Assembly (NCBI RefSeq): GCF_025526975.1 | Contig: NW_026515669.1 | Span: forward strand, 372,001-436,000 | Source of the DNA: Fimicolochytrium jonesii | Taxonomy: Eukaryota | Length of the DNA: 64,000 bases | Direction of reading: 5' to 3' | In this document: positions 10,169-23,867 of the stretch, in pieces | How the letters are laid out: every line of letters begins with the position of its first letter | How positions within the stretch are numbered: the first letter of the stretch is position 1 | Position numbers and translations under genes: made by a program | The notes under the pieces: model-generated | Told to the model about the DNA's origin: nothing | What the model saw: only the letters and a program-made list of their open reading frames with translations | Database searches by the model: none

Positions 10169-13100
10169 GTGCCACCTAAGGATTCAACACCCCAACCTCA
10201 GAAGAGCTACGCAGCCGCAGTGACAGCTGGCAAGCCCTCCGCTCACCACACGCGGTCCCAAGGAGGAGCTCTCCTGGGACCCCTACCTGCGGCGACTAGA
10301 GGAGGAGGAAAGAAAGTTCAACAACCCCCTGTTAAGAGTTCTGAATCTATTAGTCAGCGCTCTGGCATTGACTCACGTACTCCGCTTAATCAAGGCGTAG
10401 CCCGTCATGCCAACTTACGCAGTGAACCAACACCTACCCCACCTTTCAAAATGTCTGGTGAATTTGTGGATGAGAAGAAGAGGAAAGAGGAGCTTTCTGC
10501 TACTATTGCAGAATGGAAAGACGTAACCACGCCATATGTGGATGCGCCTGAATCACGCGGACATACCGGAACCGACCCCTTCCTGATGGATTCCATTCAG
10601 AAAGAACCTATGCCTGTTAAGCAGGAAGAGGAGATGCTTCAAATGAAGGATCAAATAGCCACTCTGACTGGATTGGGTACCTCGTTCTTGAATTCGGGCT
10701 CAGCGCCTCAACAAGGCGGACCTACCATCCCCTCCGTGAACCCGCCCACTCAGTCGCCTGTGAACAGCACTCGTTCTCATTATTCGACTAGCCCTATCCA
10801 GGCAAACATGCCATACATGACCTCTGTGTCGCCGGCACCCCATGCGCCCCCTCAGCGCGCTATGGCCTACTCCGTCCCATACGCTTATAAAGCCCCAGAA
10901 CGGCATCCTTACTTTCAACCTCGTCTCAAAGCCCTCCTTTCGCTGAAACCCCACACGAAAGTGCATCTGTGAGATCTGTTACTCCTGTAACACCCCCTAC
11001 GGCCGGCAAATCAGCTTCCAAAGTCTTCATCAACACTACCCTTAGGAAACTCAGCACCTACAACGGCGACCCCAATGTTACCAAGCTTCAAGGGTTCCTT
11101 GATCACATCGACGTGATTATGAAGTATGAGATGATTTCGCCTTCCGAATGCGTAGACTTCGTCGTTCATGCGCTCACTGGACCAGCTCTCCAGTAGTGGA
11201 AAAGCCTTCCTGAAAACGAGCGCTTCTCCATAATTTCCTGGCACGATATTCAAGACATCTATGGACTGCCCCCGCGACTCGGATTACGCTCCGCGATGTT
11301 GAGGCGCTTCATTCCCCGGACTCGTCTGCCGCAAGTTCTTCACAGACTGCGCGCTCTGAAGCCGAAGTCAATTAACCATCAAGGTTTAACCGAATTCGTC
11401 GCCCAGTTCAACCTTTTGGTTGGAAAACTCCCCGGGCTCCCGGAATACGTGCTCTGTGCCGACTTCCTCCAAGCGCTTCCTAAGAGTCTTAGTACCCTGA
11501 TCACTGCTCAGGCTCAGTACGATGATAGACTTAGTCCTGCTCAAGAAGCCACGATTCGTATAGCCGCTCAGCTCAACGAGAAGACCCCGAGTACGCCTCA
11601 GTCGGGCGCATCCGCTGCCCACGTTACTTCCACTGTACCTCAGAAGAAGAAGAACAAATCCAAGACAGGCGGCTCCAGAGGCTCCTCCTCTACCCAATCC
11701 TCGTCCTCTGACGCAACCAAGAAGCCTCCCCAGTGCAAATACTGCCAGAGGGACCGCCACAAGTCGGAAAACTGCTTTACTTATAAAGCTGTCAAGGATA
11801 TCATGGACAAGAACGCGAAAACCAAGCAGGACGCACCCGCTGCAGCCTCCATGGCTTATGCCATGCACGTTCAAGTCCAACCAGCCAACCACGACGTCCG
11901 CCTCTTCAAGGCGAACGTGGATTCCGGTTGTATGGATCATATGATCCCCTATATCGAGGATCTAGATCGGTCTTCTCTTCAAGACTACCAACGCCTTATT
12001 GGACTCGCGGATTCGACTACCATTACCTCTCAAAAGAAGGGTACCGTACTTATCCAACCTACGTCCGGCGGCAACGTTCTCGCTCTTTGCGACGTTTTGT
12101 TGGTTCCCAGTCTTGCCCAGCCGCTTATATCTGTTGCTAAATGCACTGATAACGGCGTTACCATCTCCTTTCACCCCACCGACGTCATTACGTTCAACAC
12201 CGACCGACATTAACTCGCAATGGGAATGCGCGAAGGCGACGCGTACTATTTAGAAGGACGGGTTACTACCTACAAGCCCAATGCACATGCACTGGTTGCT
12301 TCCATAACCCCCCAACTTCTGCATCAACATCCTGGACACCCTGGAAACCACATTCTCCCGGTTATGCCTAAGAAAGTAGAGGATTGGCCTTCAGTGGGGG
12401 CTACGCCGGACTCCGGCGCACGCTGCGATCCATGCGCTCTCGGCAAAGCTACACGCCTTACCTTCCCTAAATCGATATCCCTGCCACACAAGCCCGGCGA
12501 GCTCATTCACAGCGATTTACAAGGTCCCTTTCGGATCCACGGCATCGACGGAGAGCCCTACAGTCTCGCGTTCCTCGACAACGGCTCCGCTTTTGCCCGT
12601 ACCCACTCCATCAAGGACAAGGAGGCATCCACTATTACCGCAAGGTTTATGATCTTCCATAAGTGGCTCAAGAATCAAACTAGCGTCTCCCTCAAGATCC
12701 TACGTACGGATAGGGGAGGAGAATACACTGGCGCGCTCACGTCGTACCTACACGACAATGGGATTACCCATGAGTCTACTGTCGCGTATTCTAGTCAACA
12801 AAACGGAAAAGCAGAGCGCCTTAATCGGATGTTGCTGGACCGCGTACGCGCCATCTTTGCGGACACTCACCTTCCTCGCAAGCTCTGGCCGTACATCCTG
12901 GAGGCTGTCTCTTACCTGCACAACCTCTACCCGCATTCAGTTGCATCCCCGGACGCCAAATCGCGCTCCAAATTCCTTACCGGTCGCCGCCCGAGCATCG
13001 CGCATCTGCGTAAGCTCGGATGTCTCACGTACACTGTCGTTCCACCCAAGGGCCGGGACAAGATGGCAAATCGTGCTACCAAGACGTACCTAGTGGGATA

Positions 13101-15030
13101 TGCTCACCAACAAGGCACCAAAGGTTATTCTGTCTGGAATCCAGTACGCGACACTGTCGCTGTCTCACGTGACGTTCGTTTCGACGAATCCACTGGACTC
13201 CCTGAGCACCTTCGTCAAGATCCTGCTCTCCTCAATCTTCTAGGAGATGCTCCTACCTCGCACGAGGAGTTCCCTATGGAACACATCCTCTCTGAACGTC
13301 AACGTCCAAAAGGAATACCTCGTCAAGTGGGTTGGTTTTACTACCTGTACCTGGCAACCACGCTCTGATCTCATTGAGACTGAAGCGTTGGATATCTGGG
13401 AGTCTCGTCCAGACGCTTTCAACGCCCGAACCATTGAAGCCCTCTCGAACGCCTTCAACGCGCGTACCGAAGACACGCCTCAATCCGTCACTATGACCTG
13501 GCGCCAAGCAATGGCCTCCCCTCAATCAGCTGACTTCAAACTCGCAGCTGATAAAGAGTTCCAAGCTCTTGTCGATAACGGTACTTGGGAGCTCGTACCC
13601 CGTCCGCGCAATCAGCGCGTACTCGGTAGCACTTGGGTACTTCGTCAAATCTCCAATCCGGACGGTACTTTCAAGAAATTCAAGGGCCGCGGTGTAGTTC
13701 AAGGTTTTCATCAATCCATGGGTATTGATTATAACGACACCTACGCTCCAACCCTACCCATGTCAGTTCTTTGCCTTTTCCTCTCCATTGCCGTCTCTCT
13801 TGGTATGGAAATCCATCAACTCGACGTCCCCAATGCGTTCTTACGCAGCGATATCGACGGACCCGTCTATGTTGAACAATTTCAAGGCTACGAAGATCCG
13901 CAGAACCCGCGCGCAGACTGGGTATACCTCCTACGCAAGGCTCTATACGGTCTGGAGCAATCTCCGCTTCTCTGGTACCGTACTCTTCGCGAAACCCTCA
14001 GTTCCCTCGGCTTCACTCTGTGGACGATTTCATCGCCTGCTGCTTTCCCGTATACGTCAAGCAAGTGAAAAGTGAACTATGTTCTCATTTCAACTGTACG
14101 GATCTCGGTCCCATCAAGAACTGCCTAGGTCTGGTCTTCGATTACCAGCTCTCGCCGTCAGGGAACCAACTCAAAATCAGCAATGTTACCTATATCGACG
14201 GTTTACTCGAACGATTTGGACAACAAAACGCTACCCCGGTCTCTACGCCGTGCGCCGTCTCTGCGCGTACCCGAACAGCCTCCGCGAGCCCCCCTTTTCA
14301 TAGCAAGGTTCTCTACCAGGAAGCAGTGGGGGCCCTCACGTGGGCATCCATTACCTGGCGCTGGGATATTTCAACTGCCGTCGGCTTCGTCGCACGTCAA
14401 GTCTCAGCTCCTACCCAAGCCAACTGGAATGATGTACTTCGCATCATGCGCTACCTGAAAGGTATTCGCACCTTGAAGCTTACCTATAAGTCCGGTCATT
14501 CAGATCAAGCTGGACTTCGCGTCTATACAGACGCATCCTACGCAGACGGTGTCAACGACCGCAAATCTACCGCGGGCATCGCCAGCTTCTTCAACGGCCA
14601 GCTTATCTACTGGAAAAGCACCAAGCAGAAGTGCGTAGCTCTCAGCTCCACGGAAGCTGAGTATATCGCCGCATCCCTCAGTTACAACAAGGTCATCTGG
14701 CTCCGCTCGATCATCGCGGAGGTCTTCGGCGACGAATACGGCAACATCAAGGACGCCACGCCACTCCACATCGACAATCAGAGCGCCCGCAAGATTGCCA
14801 ACTCCACGGCTATTACTCAACGCTCCAAACACATCGATGTACGCTACCACAAGCTATGCGACGGCGTGGCGAAGAAAGACGTCATACTCCTCGACACCGC
14901 AACGCAGGAACAACTGGCTGATTACTTTACAAAGCCCTTTCCTCCCGAGACACATACGAAATTTATTCAAGCAATTCAAGAAGGACGTGTCGCTAGCAAT
15001 AGACAGCTGGCGACAACTACGTCGGAATAA
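10169..15030 (+). pseudogene. Copia gag-pol of B (several stops and frameshifts)
   Basis: CKYCQRDRHKSENC knuckle, VDSGCMDHM protease, IHSDLQGP/LRTDRGGEY/QNGKAER integrase, QLDVPNAFL/LRKALYGL RT, YTDASYA/SSTEAEYIA/KHIDVRYH RNase H. Confidence 0.93.
13261..13400 (+). other. Chromodomain between integrase and RT in Copia B (frameshift near 13300)
   Basis: EEFPMEHILSER / NVQKEYLVKWVGFTTCTWQPRSDL fits the chromodomain consensus. Confidence 0.82.
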
Positions 15031-15153
15031 GACATACGGAACACCCATACCGAGACGGCTTCTGGACACTACATACAACTTCAGCACCTTAACCCGCCAC
15101 CGTGATAGTCGCCGCTGCCCTGGCACCGGGGGCTCCACCGGCTCCGGCTCCGC

Positions 15154-15353
15154 TGTGGTAGGCGGGGAAAAAGATGTTATATATTGGGTTGTCGGTCAAC
15201 TGGCGCGAGCGCAGCGAGCCGGCTTTTAAAGTACAAGAAGAAAAACTGCCAGAAAGTCACATTACTGGGGAATAAACTAGCTACTGGTTAGGGTTACGAC
15301 TGGGGATAGGGTTGGGGATTAGGGTTGCGGCGTCGACTCCACACCGTACCACA
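15154..15353 (-). repeat. 3' LTR of D
   Basis: Direct repeat of 29323-29522, adjacent to the PPT. Confidence 0.95.
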
Positions 15354-15501
15354 TCCTCCCCCTAGCCTCTCGGCCAAGTGAGTAGCGAAGAAGGAAGAAC
15401 GAAGACAGAACGCGACATCAAGCTCGATCGTATGGGCAGCTACACCGAGGGCGACCGTGAGACGCTACGGACGTGTTGTTACAAGCGAAGACGAAGCGGG
15501 G

Positions 15502-18500
15502 TCAAAAGAAAAAAACCGAAGAAACGAAGAAACCGCAAAAGTCAAGGAAGGGAAGGAAGGACAGAGTCGGCGGGTACAAGAGCGGAATGTCGGCATCCGA
15601 AGTGGACTCGATAATGGGAGCGCACGCCGGGGACGGAGGCATGCCGGCACGGCGGCGGGAGGTAGAGGTATCATTGACGATCTCTTGGTCCCGGGAGGGG
15701 AGCGTAGCGTGGAGGGCGGTGGTAGCAGGGACGTCGTAAGAAGGCGGAGTAAGAAGGGCAGGTGCATACCACGGCTTAGCCTTACGCGCGGGCATTAGGC
15801 GAATGTGGTTTACCGGGCGACCGTTGTAAACCAAATGACCGTGTTCGTTGACTAATCGGTACGTATTGCCGGGGTAGGCCTTGTCAATTTGGAACGGGCC
15901 AGACCAGCGAGCGACCAGTTTGCGGGTGGACGTGTACGTGATGTCGAGCTCGTTGCGGGCGACATAAACCCAACTACCAACGGAGAAGGAGCGAATCCTG
16001 GGGTGATCTGCGTTGAGAGCCGCGGTTTCCTTGTCGCGCTGCGCGTTGGCGAATTGGAGGGCCCAGGTACGGAGGAGGTTGCGGTTGTCCTGATACCCCG
16101 GAGACAAAATGCGATGGATATCGTCCGACGCTGGAGGCGGCGACGTACCAGGGAGTCCAGGGATATGGCATTGTTGACCAAAGACGATGTTGTAGGCAGA
16201 GACACCCGTGGTACAAGAGATGTGTTGGAGGTACGTACTCAACGCGGCATCGACGCAGTCGGGCCAGATCGTGAGATCGGGTTGGGAAGGATCGGTGGAG
16301 CGTTGAAGGACAATGTGGGAAAGGATGCGGGTGAAATCCTGGACAAACTTCTCCGCGCGACCGTTGCCCTGGGGATGCATGGTGGATGTCGGTACCAACT
16401 CGATGGATTTCTTCGCAGAGTAAGCGGCAAAAGCACCTTCGACGAAGTACTGGGCATTGTCGACTACCACATGGGCGGGGGTACCGTAGCGGGCAGTCCA
16501 GTCGCGAAGGGCAAGAACGATACCGTGGCCGTCAATCGTACGAAGAGGATAGGCCCAACCATAACCGGAAGTGTAACAAATCACGAGTAGGCAGCCGATG
16601 TAACGAGCGGCGGTCCGACCGATTTGCGTGGGGGGATAACTAACGCAGTCCAATCCAAGAAGAGTGAACAAGATCGGCGGTGGGGTGTAACGAAAGATCT
16701 GGTACAAGCGGGGTCGGCGGAGCTGGCAGAGCTGGCAGATGCGGCACGCACGGATGAAATCCTCGATGTCCGCATACATGTAGAACCAGAAGTACCGAAG
16801 CGCGATAAATTGGTAAGCGGATAGGACACCGAGATGACCGAATTTGTCGGAACCGTGAAAGGTATGTTTGATGTGGGTGACTTCCTCGATGCGGGGAACG
16901 AGACGGGGAGGCATTCGCGGTAGAGATCTGCGATACAGACGGCCTTCATAAACCAGAAATTTCTTGGAAAGAACGCGGATACGATCGTGCTGCTTGCCGT
17001 CGACGTGTAAACGGGAAAAGTGGCCAGTCAAGAACTCGTAAATCGAATCGTAGGGCTCCCAACCCGGGGTGAGAAGCTTCACGCTGGCTGAAATCGGGAT
17101 GTCGTTGAGAGCACAGGGTCGCGAAGCGTCTAACTCGTCATCGACGGTACAAGAGGGAACTTCTTGGGGGCCTGCGGCAGGGCGCCGAGAGAGGGCGTCG
17201 GCGTCGATGTGAGCAGCGGTGCGGCGGAAAATGTACTTGGGCCAGCCCTCAGCAGCCGGGATGGAGTTGATGCAGTCGAACCATTTGAGGATGCGTTCGT
17301 TGGGGGTGTGGACGTTCTGGCAGTGCACCCAAGCGAGGTGGTCGGTGATGATATAGAATTCGAATCCCAAATTGACTTGAGCTTTCATGAGGCCGAAGAC
17401 AATAGCAGCGAGCTCGCGTTCCGGTTGGCCATAGTGGAGCTCGGCGCCAACCCACAATCGGCTGAAGAATTCACAGGGAGAGTACTTGGTGGTGGCAGTG
17501 ACGTGGTAGTCGTCGGCGGGGTCCTGGCAGTGAGCGATGAGGACGCCAGCCCCAGTCCCGGAACCATCAGCAGCAATGATGAGGGGACGGCTTGGGTCGT
17601 ATGCGTGCAAGACAAAACTCTCGTTGACCAACCGCTTGACTTCGAGAAAGGCGCAAGCGTAATTCTGGGTCCGGTGCCATTCTGTGTGGAACGCCCGTCG
17701 GTCAGCGTACTGTTTCTGGAATAGAGCGTTGAGGGGACCCATGGAAAAGCTGTAGTTGGGCAGACCGTCCGAGATGAAGCCGACGAAGCCACGGAACAAA
17801 CGGATGTCTTCTTGTGTTCGGGGGGTGGGCCACTGGAGGACGACGTCGAGCTTGCCGGACGTGGTTGCAATCTGACCCGAACCGATGATCTTGCCCAGAG
17901 CCGGAATGCGTTCAACGGCAAACACGCACTTGTGTTCGGAGATGGATCCATTGTGCTTGCGGACGGTTTGCAGAAAAGCGCGGAGACGATCAAGGTGCGT
18001 GGGTGAACCGGTGGTGAGATTATCTTCGCCGATGTAAGGTTCGTCACGGAACAACTCGGTGTGGTCCTTAAGGAGCACCACGTCGCGGATCATGTCGTCT
18101 AACTGAAAGGAGAACCATTCACCGGAGTCGATGAACCCCATGGGCATGACGGTATATTGATAGATGCCCCGCGGGAGGAGGATAGCGGTCATCCACCGAC
18201 AAGCGATGTCGAGGGGCCCTTGATGGTAGCCGAGACGAAAGTCGAATCCGGACAAGCGAAGGAAACGAGCGATACGCTGTAAAACAATGTGCGCAGGTAA
18301 GATCGGGTAACGAATCGGTTTGATGTACTTGTTGATCTTGAAATTCGCGCAGACACGGGCAACACCATTTTTGTACGCGACCAACGGCAAGGCAGCAACG
18401 AGAGGCGGTTCCTTGACGGGTTCTAACTTTTCCCAGCGCAACATGCGATCGAGCCACTCATTGAGGACCTTTGTATCCGCCGGGCTGTGCGCGCGTTGCT

Positions 18501-19492
18501 TGGGGAAGGGGAGCTTGCGGGTTCCCGTGGGATCCAGGCGCAAGGTGGGACGCATAGGAGCGACGCCCGTAAAAGTGCGCGGGATCTCCTCCTTGTTGCA
18601 AAACTCGGCATCATGTTCGGCAAGAAGGGCAGCGAGCTCGTCAACGAATGTGTCCGGCAGGTCAGCAGCGATTTGGAACGTACGCTTTCCCACGCGAAGG
18701 GGACGAGTAGGTGTGGCTTGTATAGTGAGCGCCAAGGCTGAGCGGACGGTGACGCCGGCGATGGTCTTTTCGTATATCTCTGCAGCCGGTGGCGGATGAG
18801 GTGGATCCGGAGATTCGGGGGAGGTCAACGCGGTCATCTTGACGTGGTAATCCAGGATGAGTATGTCGGTCATTAAGACGACGTTGAGCAGGAGCGGAAC
18901 ATGGTCGGAACCTTGGAGATCGGCAAGGATCGTGCATGAAATGCGTGGGGGATAGCCGGACTCCGGTGGAAGGCCCAAGAAGATGTAATCAAGTCGCAAA
19001 CCGATGTTGTTGGCGCGAGCGTGCTTGCCGATCCACCAGGTAGTGAAGCTGATGTCGTGGGGGTGGCATGAGCGCCAAGTATCGACGAAGTCGTGGGAAG
19101 CAAGATTGCTGAGCAGCGTACGCTCCGCATCAGTGACGCCAGTCTTCATGAGCGGGAGGACCGACGGATGGATATCGCGATCTTCTTGAGCGATGTTGAA
19201 GTCGCCAGCAAAGACGACATGCTTGCGGGCTTGCTGGGCGCGTTTAGCGATCGGAAGAAGAGCGGTGTGCATGTCGCACTTGGTCAGGAGCGCCTGTTGC
19301 TGCTGATCCGTATCGCCAAGCCCACCATTCGGGTAGTAGACGTTGATGATGGAGACGGTATCCAACTCCACAACGAGCACGCGGCCTTCGACATCGTCAT
19401 TGTTGGAGATGGGTAACGTGGTGGTGACCGTAGGTTCGGTTATGACTAGCTCGTTGCGAATATAGGTACCGACGCCCTTGACGCCTTGCTTG
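15502..19492 (-). CDS. D pol 3' part: ExoIII/APE endonuclease C-terminal part, RT, RNase H, integrase
   Basis: YYPN, GDFNIA, FVDTWR..HP, TWW..RANNIGLRLDY, GSDHVP; then FDFRLGYHQ/YTVMPMG RT, ADGS/ERELAAI/DADALSR RNase H, HHCC, HPQGNGRAE and WSGPF integrase. Confidence 0.92.
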
Positions 19493-19497
19493 CTTTC

Positions 19498-20027
19498 TGT
19501 TATGAATGGGCGGAGCCGACGGAAATAGAGGCGACTTGTGGTGCAGGTTGTTGACAGGTAATGGTATTCAGACCGAAACAAGAACTAGAACAAGACTAGG
19601 AAGAACTGGTGTTGATCTGCTGGGGGATCAGGAAGTGGGGAGCTCAGGGGAGGCGGCTATTTATGCTTTTCTGGGAAGGCTGGGGAAGCGTGCGGAAGCA
19701 GAAGGGTACGGAATGAGAGGGAAGCCAAGAGAAGCGCCAAGGGTGGGGAAGCATAGAAACAGAAGACTGGGGATGGGGTGGCTACGCTGAGGCTGTGGGC
19801 GGGTACGTGGGGAAGTATGGAGAAGGGTTTGTAAGCGCCGAGTGTTGGGAGGTGTGGCTACGTGCGGCTGCGTGGAGAAATGAAGGCAGTGGCAGGTGTG
19901 GGGTAGCGCGGCTGCGTGCGGCTGCGAGGTTTGGCAGATGTCAGGTTTTGACAGGGAATTGACATTGACTGACTGTTGGGATGCTGTCATGAGGTAAGCG
20001 CATGGTATGGACGCGTCGTCCATAACA
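19498..20027 (-). repeat. 3' LTR of E
   Basis: TGTTATG...CATAACA; direct repeat of 24846-25375. Confidence 0.96.
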
Positions 20028-20039
20028 TCACCCCCTCCT

Positions 20040-23000
20040 TTAGCCAGGGCGTCCGGATGTTGTTTTGATGTTGGCAGGCTTTGGTCGGGGTTTGTCGGGG
20101 TACTTTTGGTGGAACTGGGCAACAAGCTCTTGACAGCGGGCAAGGTGTTCCACTGGCTCCCATGTGTTCTCCGAGCTTGGCCAACCCTGCCACTTGATGA
20201 GGTACTGAAGGTGCGTGCGTCGAATACGGGAGTCAAGAATGTCTTCCACAATCCATTCCTCCTGTCCTTCGACTTCTTCTGGTGGGGTGGGTTCTGGCTC
20301 AGTTCGCTCCGGAATGGTGAAACGTGGTTCAAGAAGGGAGACATGGAAGACGTTGTGAATTTTGTAGGATGGGGGAAGCTTGAGGCGATATGTGACCGAG
20401 TTGATCTTCTCCGTGATTGTGAAGGGGCCAATCTTACGGTGATCAAGTTTCTGGGAAGGTCGGAGAGTCTTGAGATTCCGCTGTAAGAGCCAGACACTGT
20501 CCCCGGGTTTCATGTCTGGGCCAGGTGCCCTCTTAGCATCGGCAAAGCGCTTCATGCGTCCTTGGGCCTCCTTGAGCTCAGTGGCAAGCTGTTCATGGAT
20601 TTCCTTGAGATGGTTGGCACGAGCTTCGGCTGCAGGATTAAGGGATTCGGTTGTGGTGGCGGAAGCCAGACTGAATCGAGGATGGAACCCATAGTTGGCG
20701 TAGAAGGGGGTTGTCTGGGTGGCGGAGTGGATGGTGTTATTGTAAGAGAACTCAGCAGAAGACAAGAGTTCCTTCCAGTTATCTTGTTGATAGTTGCAAA
20801 AGCAGCGAAGGTATTGCTCAAGAATCTGATTGGTCCGCTCGGTTTGTCCATCGCTCTGGGGATGGAACGCCGATGAGAGGTTGACCTTGGTTCCCAGGAG
20901 AGCGAAGAGACGTTTCCAGAAGTGGGAGTTGAACTGTGGGCCACGGTCAGATACAATATCGTCGGGGAGTCCATGGAGCCGGATGACATGGTGCCAGATC
21001 AGATCTGCAGTTGACTCAGCGGTGGCAGTTTTCCTGCACGGTACAAAGTGCGCCATCTTGGTGAACCAGCAGATGACAACGAGCACAGAATCAACCCCAT
21101 CACTGGCGGGTAGATCCGTGATGAAGTCCATAGAAATTGACCCCCAGGGGCGGTCAGGGACCTGCAGGGGTTGGAGGAGTCCGTAGGGCTTGTGTCTGCT
21201 GGTCTTGGCTTGAGCACATACGTTGCAGGACCTGATGTAGGACTTGACAAAACGCCACTGGCTAGGCCACCAGTAGTTGCGTGAGATGAGCTCCAGGGTC
21301 TTTGACATGCCCTAGTGTCCTGCCAAACGCGTGTCATGCATGTCCCGGCAGATCTCAGCACGGAGCTTGTTGGTGGGGACGTAGACAAGGTTGTCGTACA
21401 GCAGAACCCCATTTTCCTCGGAGAATTGCTTTATCCGTTCTTGGTCTTCTTGAGATTGCTGGGCAATGGGGGCCCTAAGCTGTCGCCGGATGGTTCGCGC
21501 AAACACATCGGATGCCAGGGCAGCTTTGATTTGGTCAAGGAGCGAGGAGTCCAGTGGGGTCAGATAAGTGGCGGCCAGGCGGAGATGGTCAGGGGTGAGG
21601 ATCGTGGTTTCCTGGGAGCGGAATGCTTCTTCCCCCTCCCTTAGCTCGTATTCAGAGCGACGAGAGAGGGCGTCAGCTTGGTGTTGCTGGGTACCAGGGC
21701 GGTATGTGATGACAAAGTCGAAATCAGCAACGAAGATTGACCAGCGGGATTGGCGGCGGTTGAGGGTACGGGTAGTCATGAAGTACTGGAGGTTCTTGTG
21801 GTCACAGTAAACGATGACCTTGTGGCGGGCGCCAATGAGGTGGTGTCGCCATTGAGCAAATGAGTCTTGGATAGCCAGGAGTTCCTTGTCGTAGATCTCA
21901 TAGTTGATTTCCTCAGGAGTAAATTTGCGGGAGTGAAAGGCCACGGGGTGGAGTTGATCTGTGTCATCGGGTTGAAGGAGGACGGCGCCAAGGGCAAAGT
22001 CGGAGGCATCGGATTCGACAATGAAGGGCTTGTCAGGGTCGGGGTGAGTCAGGATAGGTGCGGAGGTGAAGGCTTTCTTGAGGGTTTCAAAAGCTAGGTG
22101 TGCAGCGTGGGTCCATTTGAATGGCAAGTCTTTGCGAGTGAGCGTGGTCAGGGGTGCAACGATCGCAGAGTACCCTTTGATGAATCGCCGGTAGAAGTTG
22201 GCAAAACCAAGGAAGCGCTGGATGCCTTTGACATTCGTCGGGGGTTCCCATTCAGGTAATGGCAGCCGTCTTCTTTGGGTCCATGGAAATGCCTTGCTGG
22301 GAGATGATAAACCCCAGGAACTCAACAGAGTCACGGTTGAATTCGCATTTTTCCGGTTTCGCGTACAGCCCGTGCTGGCGGAGTCGTGAGAGCACCTCTC
22401 GGACGTGGTTGGGGTGGTCTTCTGGGTTTTTTGAGAAGATCAGAATGTCGTCAAGGTAGACCACAACAAAAACGTCGAGAATGTCACGGAATATGTCGTT
22501 CATGAGGTGTTGGAATACTCCAGGGGCATTGGTGAGCCCAAATGGCATGACATTATACTCGAATAGGCCGTAGCGACATCGGAACGCTGTCTTCCATTCA
22601 TCCCCTGGCCGGATCCGAAGAAGGTTGTAGGCTCCCCGGAGGTCAATCTTGGTGAGCCGGCGTGCCCCTCGAAGACGATCCATGATGCTGTTAATCAAGG
22701 GCAAGGGATAGCGATTCTTGATGGTGATATTGTTGAGTCCACGATAGTCGACGCACAGACGGAGGGAACCGTCTTTTTTCTTGACAAAGAGGACTGGGGC
22801 ACCGGCGGGAGACTTGGAGTGCTTGATGAACCCCTTAGCTAGGTTCTCTTCAAGGTAGTCACAGAGTGCCTGCATTTCAGGCTCGCTGAGACTATAGATC
22901 GGGCCGAACGGTGGCTGTTTGCCCTCTTCTAAGTCGATGGGACAGTCGTAGGGTCGGTGCTCTGGGAGGGTATCCGCGTTCTTCTTGGCGAAGACGTCCG

Positions 23001-23709
23001 CAAAATCTTGGTATTCTTCAGGAATGATGGCCTTCGGATCTTTTGGAGGAGTGGTCGCCAGGGCTTGGGAATCTGACTTGGTCGGATTGGCGTAGGCAAT
23101 GAATGCCTGGTCATGCCTTGCCGCCACACGGAAAGCTGGGGCGCTGATAAACGATACGTGGATCGGTGTGGGTGCTGGGTCCAGTGTGTTGGGTGTCTGG
23201 GCTAGGGAGACTGAAATCTTGTCTTGATGGATACGGATCAGAGGTTCAGGGGTTCTTGAGGGCTTCGGGCTAGGTTCTGTTGGCAGGGCATCCCAGGAGG
23301 CGTATTGTCCAAAACCGCAATGGCAGCGGACGCAAAGAGTGCGAGTCTTCCAGTGGAGCTCCACATCATGGAGCTCAAACCAGGGAAGCCCCAGGATGAT
23401 TGGCGCATGCGGGGAACATGTCACATGGAATACCACCTCCTCAAAATGGTCGTTGACCCACATGCCCAAAGGTTGGGTGTGATGGGTAATGGAGCCCGCA
23501 TGGCTGGGACGTCCGTCAACCAGTTCAAGCGCAATGGGGTCCTCCTTCTTGACAAGTGGGATGCGGTGCTTGCGGGCATAACTTTCGTCGATGAAGCACG
23601 ACATCGCACCGGTGTCAAGTAGTGCTGAAAGCTGAACTGGAGCTCGCTGGGCCGATATCTGCAGGGTAACAGGGTACTCGAATGGTGAGGATGGGCCCAA
23701 AATCCGCAT
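20040..23709 (-). pseudogene. pol of E (PR, RT, RNase H, INT, chromodomain); one frameshift near 22260 and one stop at 21312
   Basis: [61 protein letters not shown]. Confidence 0.95.
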
Positions 23710-23867
23710 GGGTGAGGGTATCTCAGATCGGAGATTGACATTGTTGGTGGTCAGGAGAAGGGTGTTGCTGGAGATGCCAGGATCGGAGCAAGGTTTTGTG
23801 GCTTCTCCCTTGGCAGTACTTGCATGGTGAGAAGGCCCAGGACAGGTGTTGCCCAGCTGCTCGGCCT

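Noticed and set aside
15502..19581. 1359-aa ORF as a LINE (APE plus RT)
   Set aside because: The RT is Gypsy-type and followed by RNase H and integrase within LTRs. The first ~28 aa of the ORF come from E's LTR.
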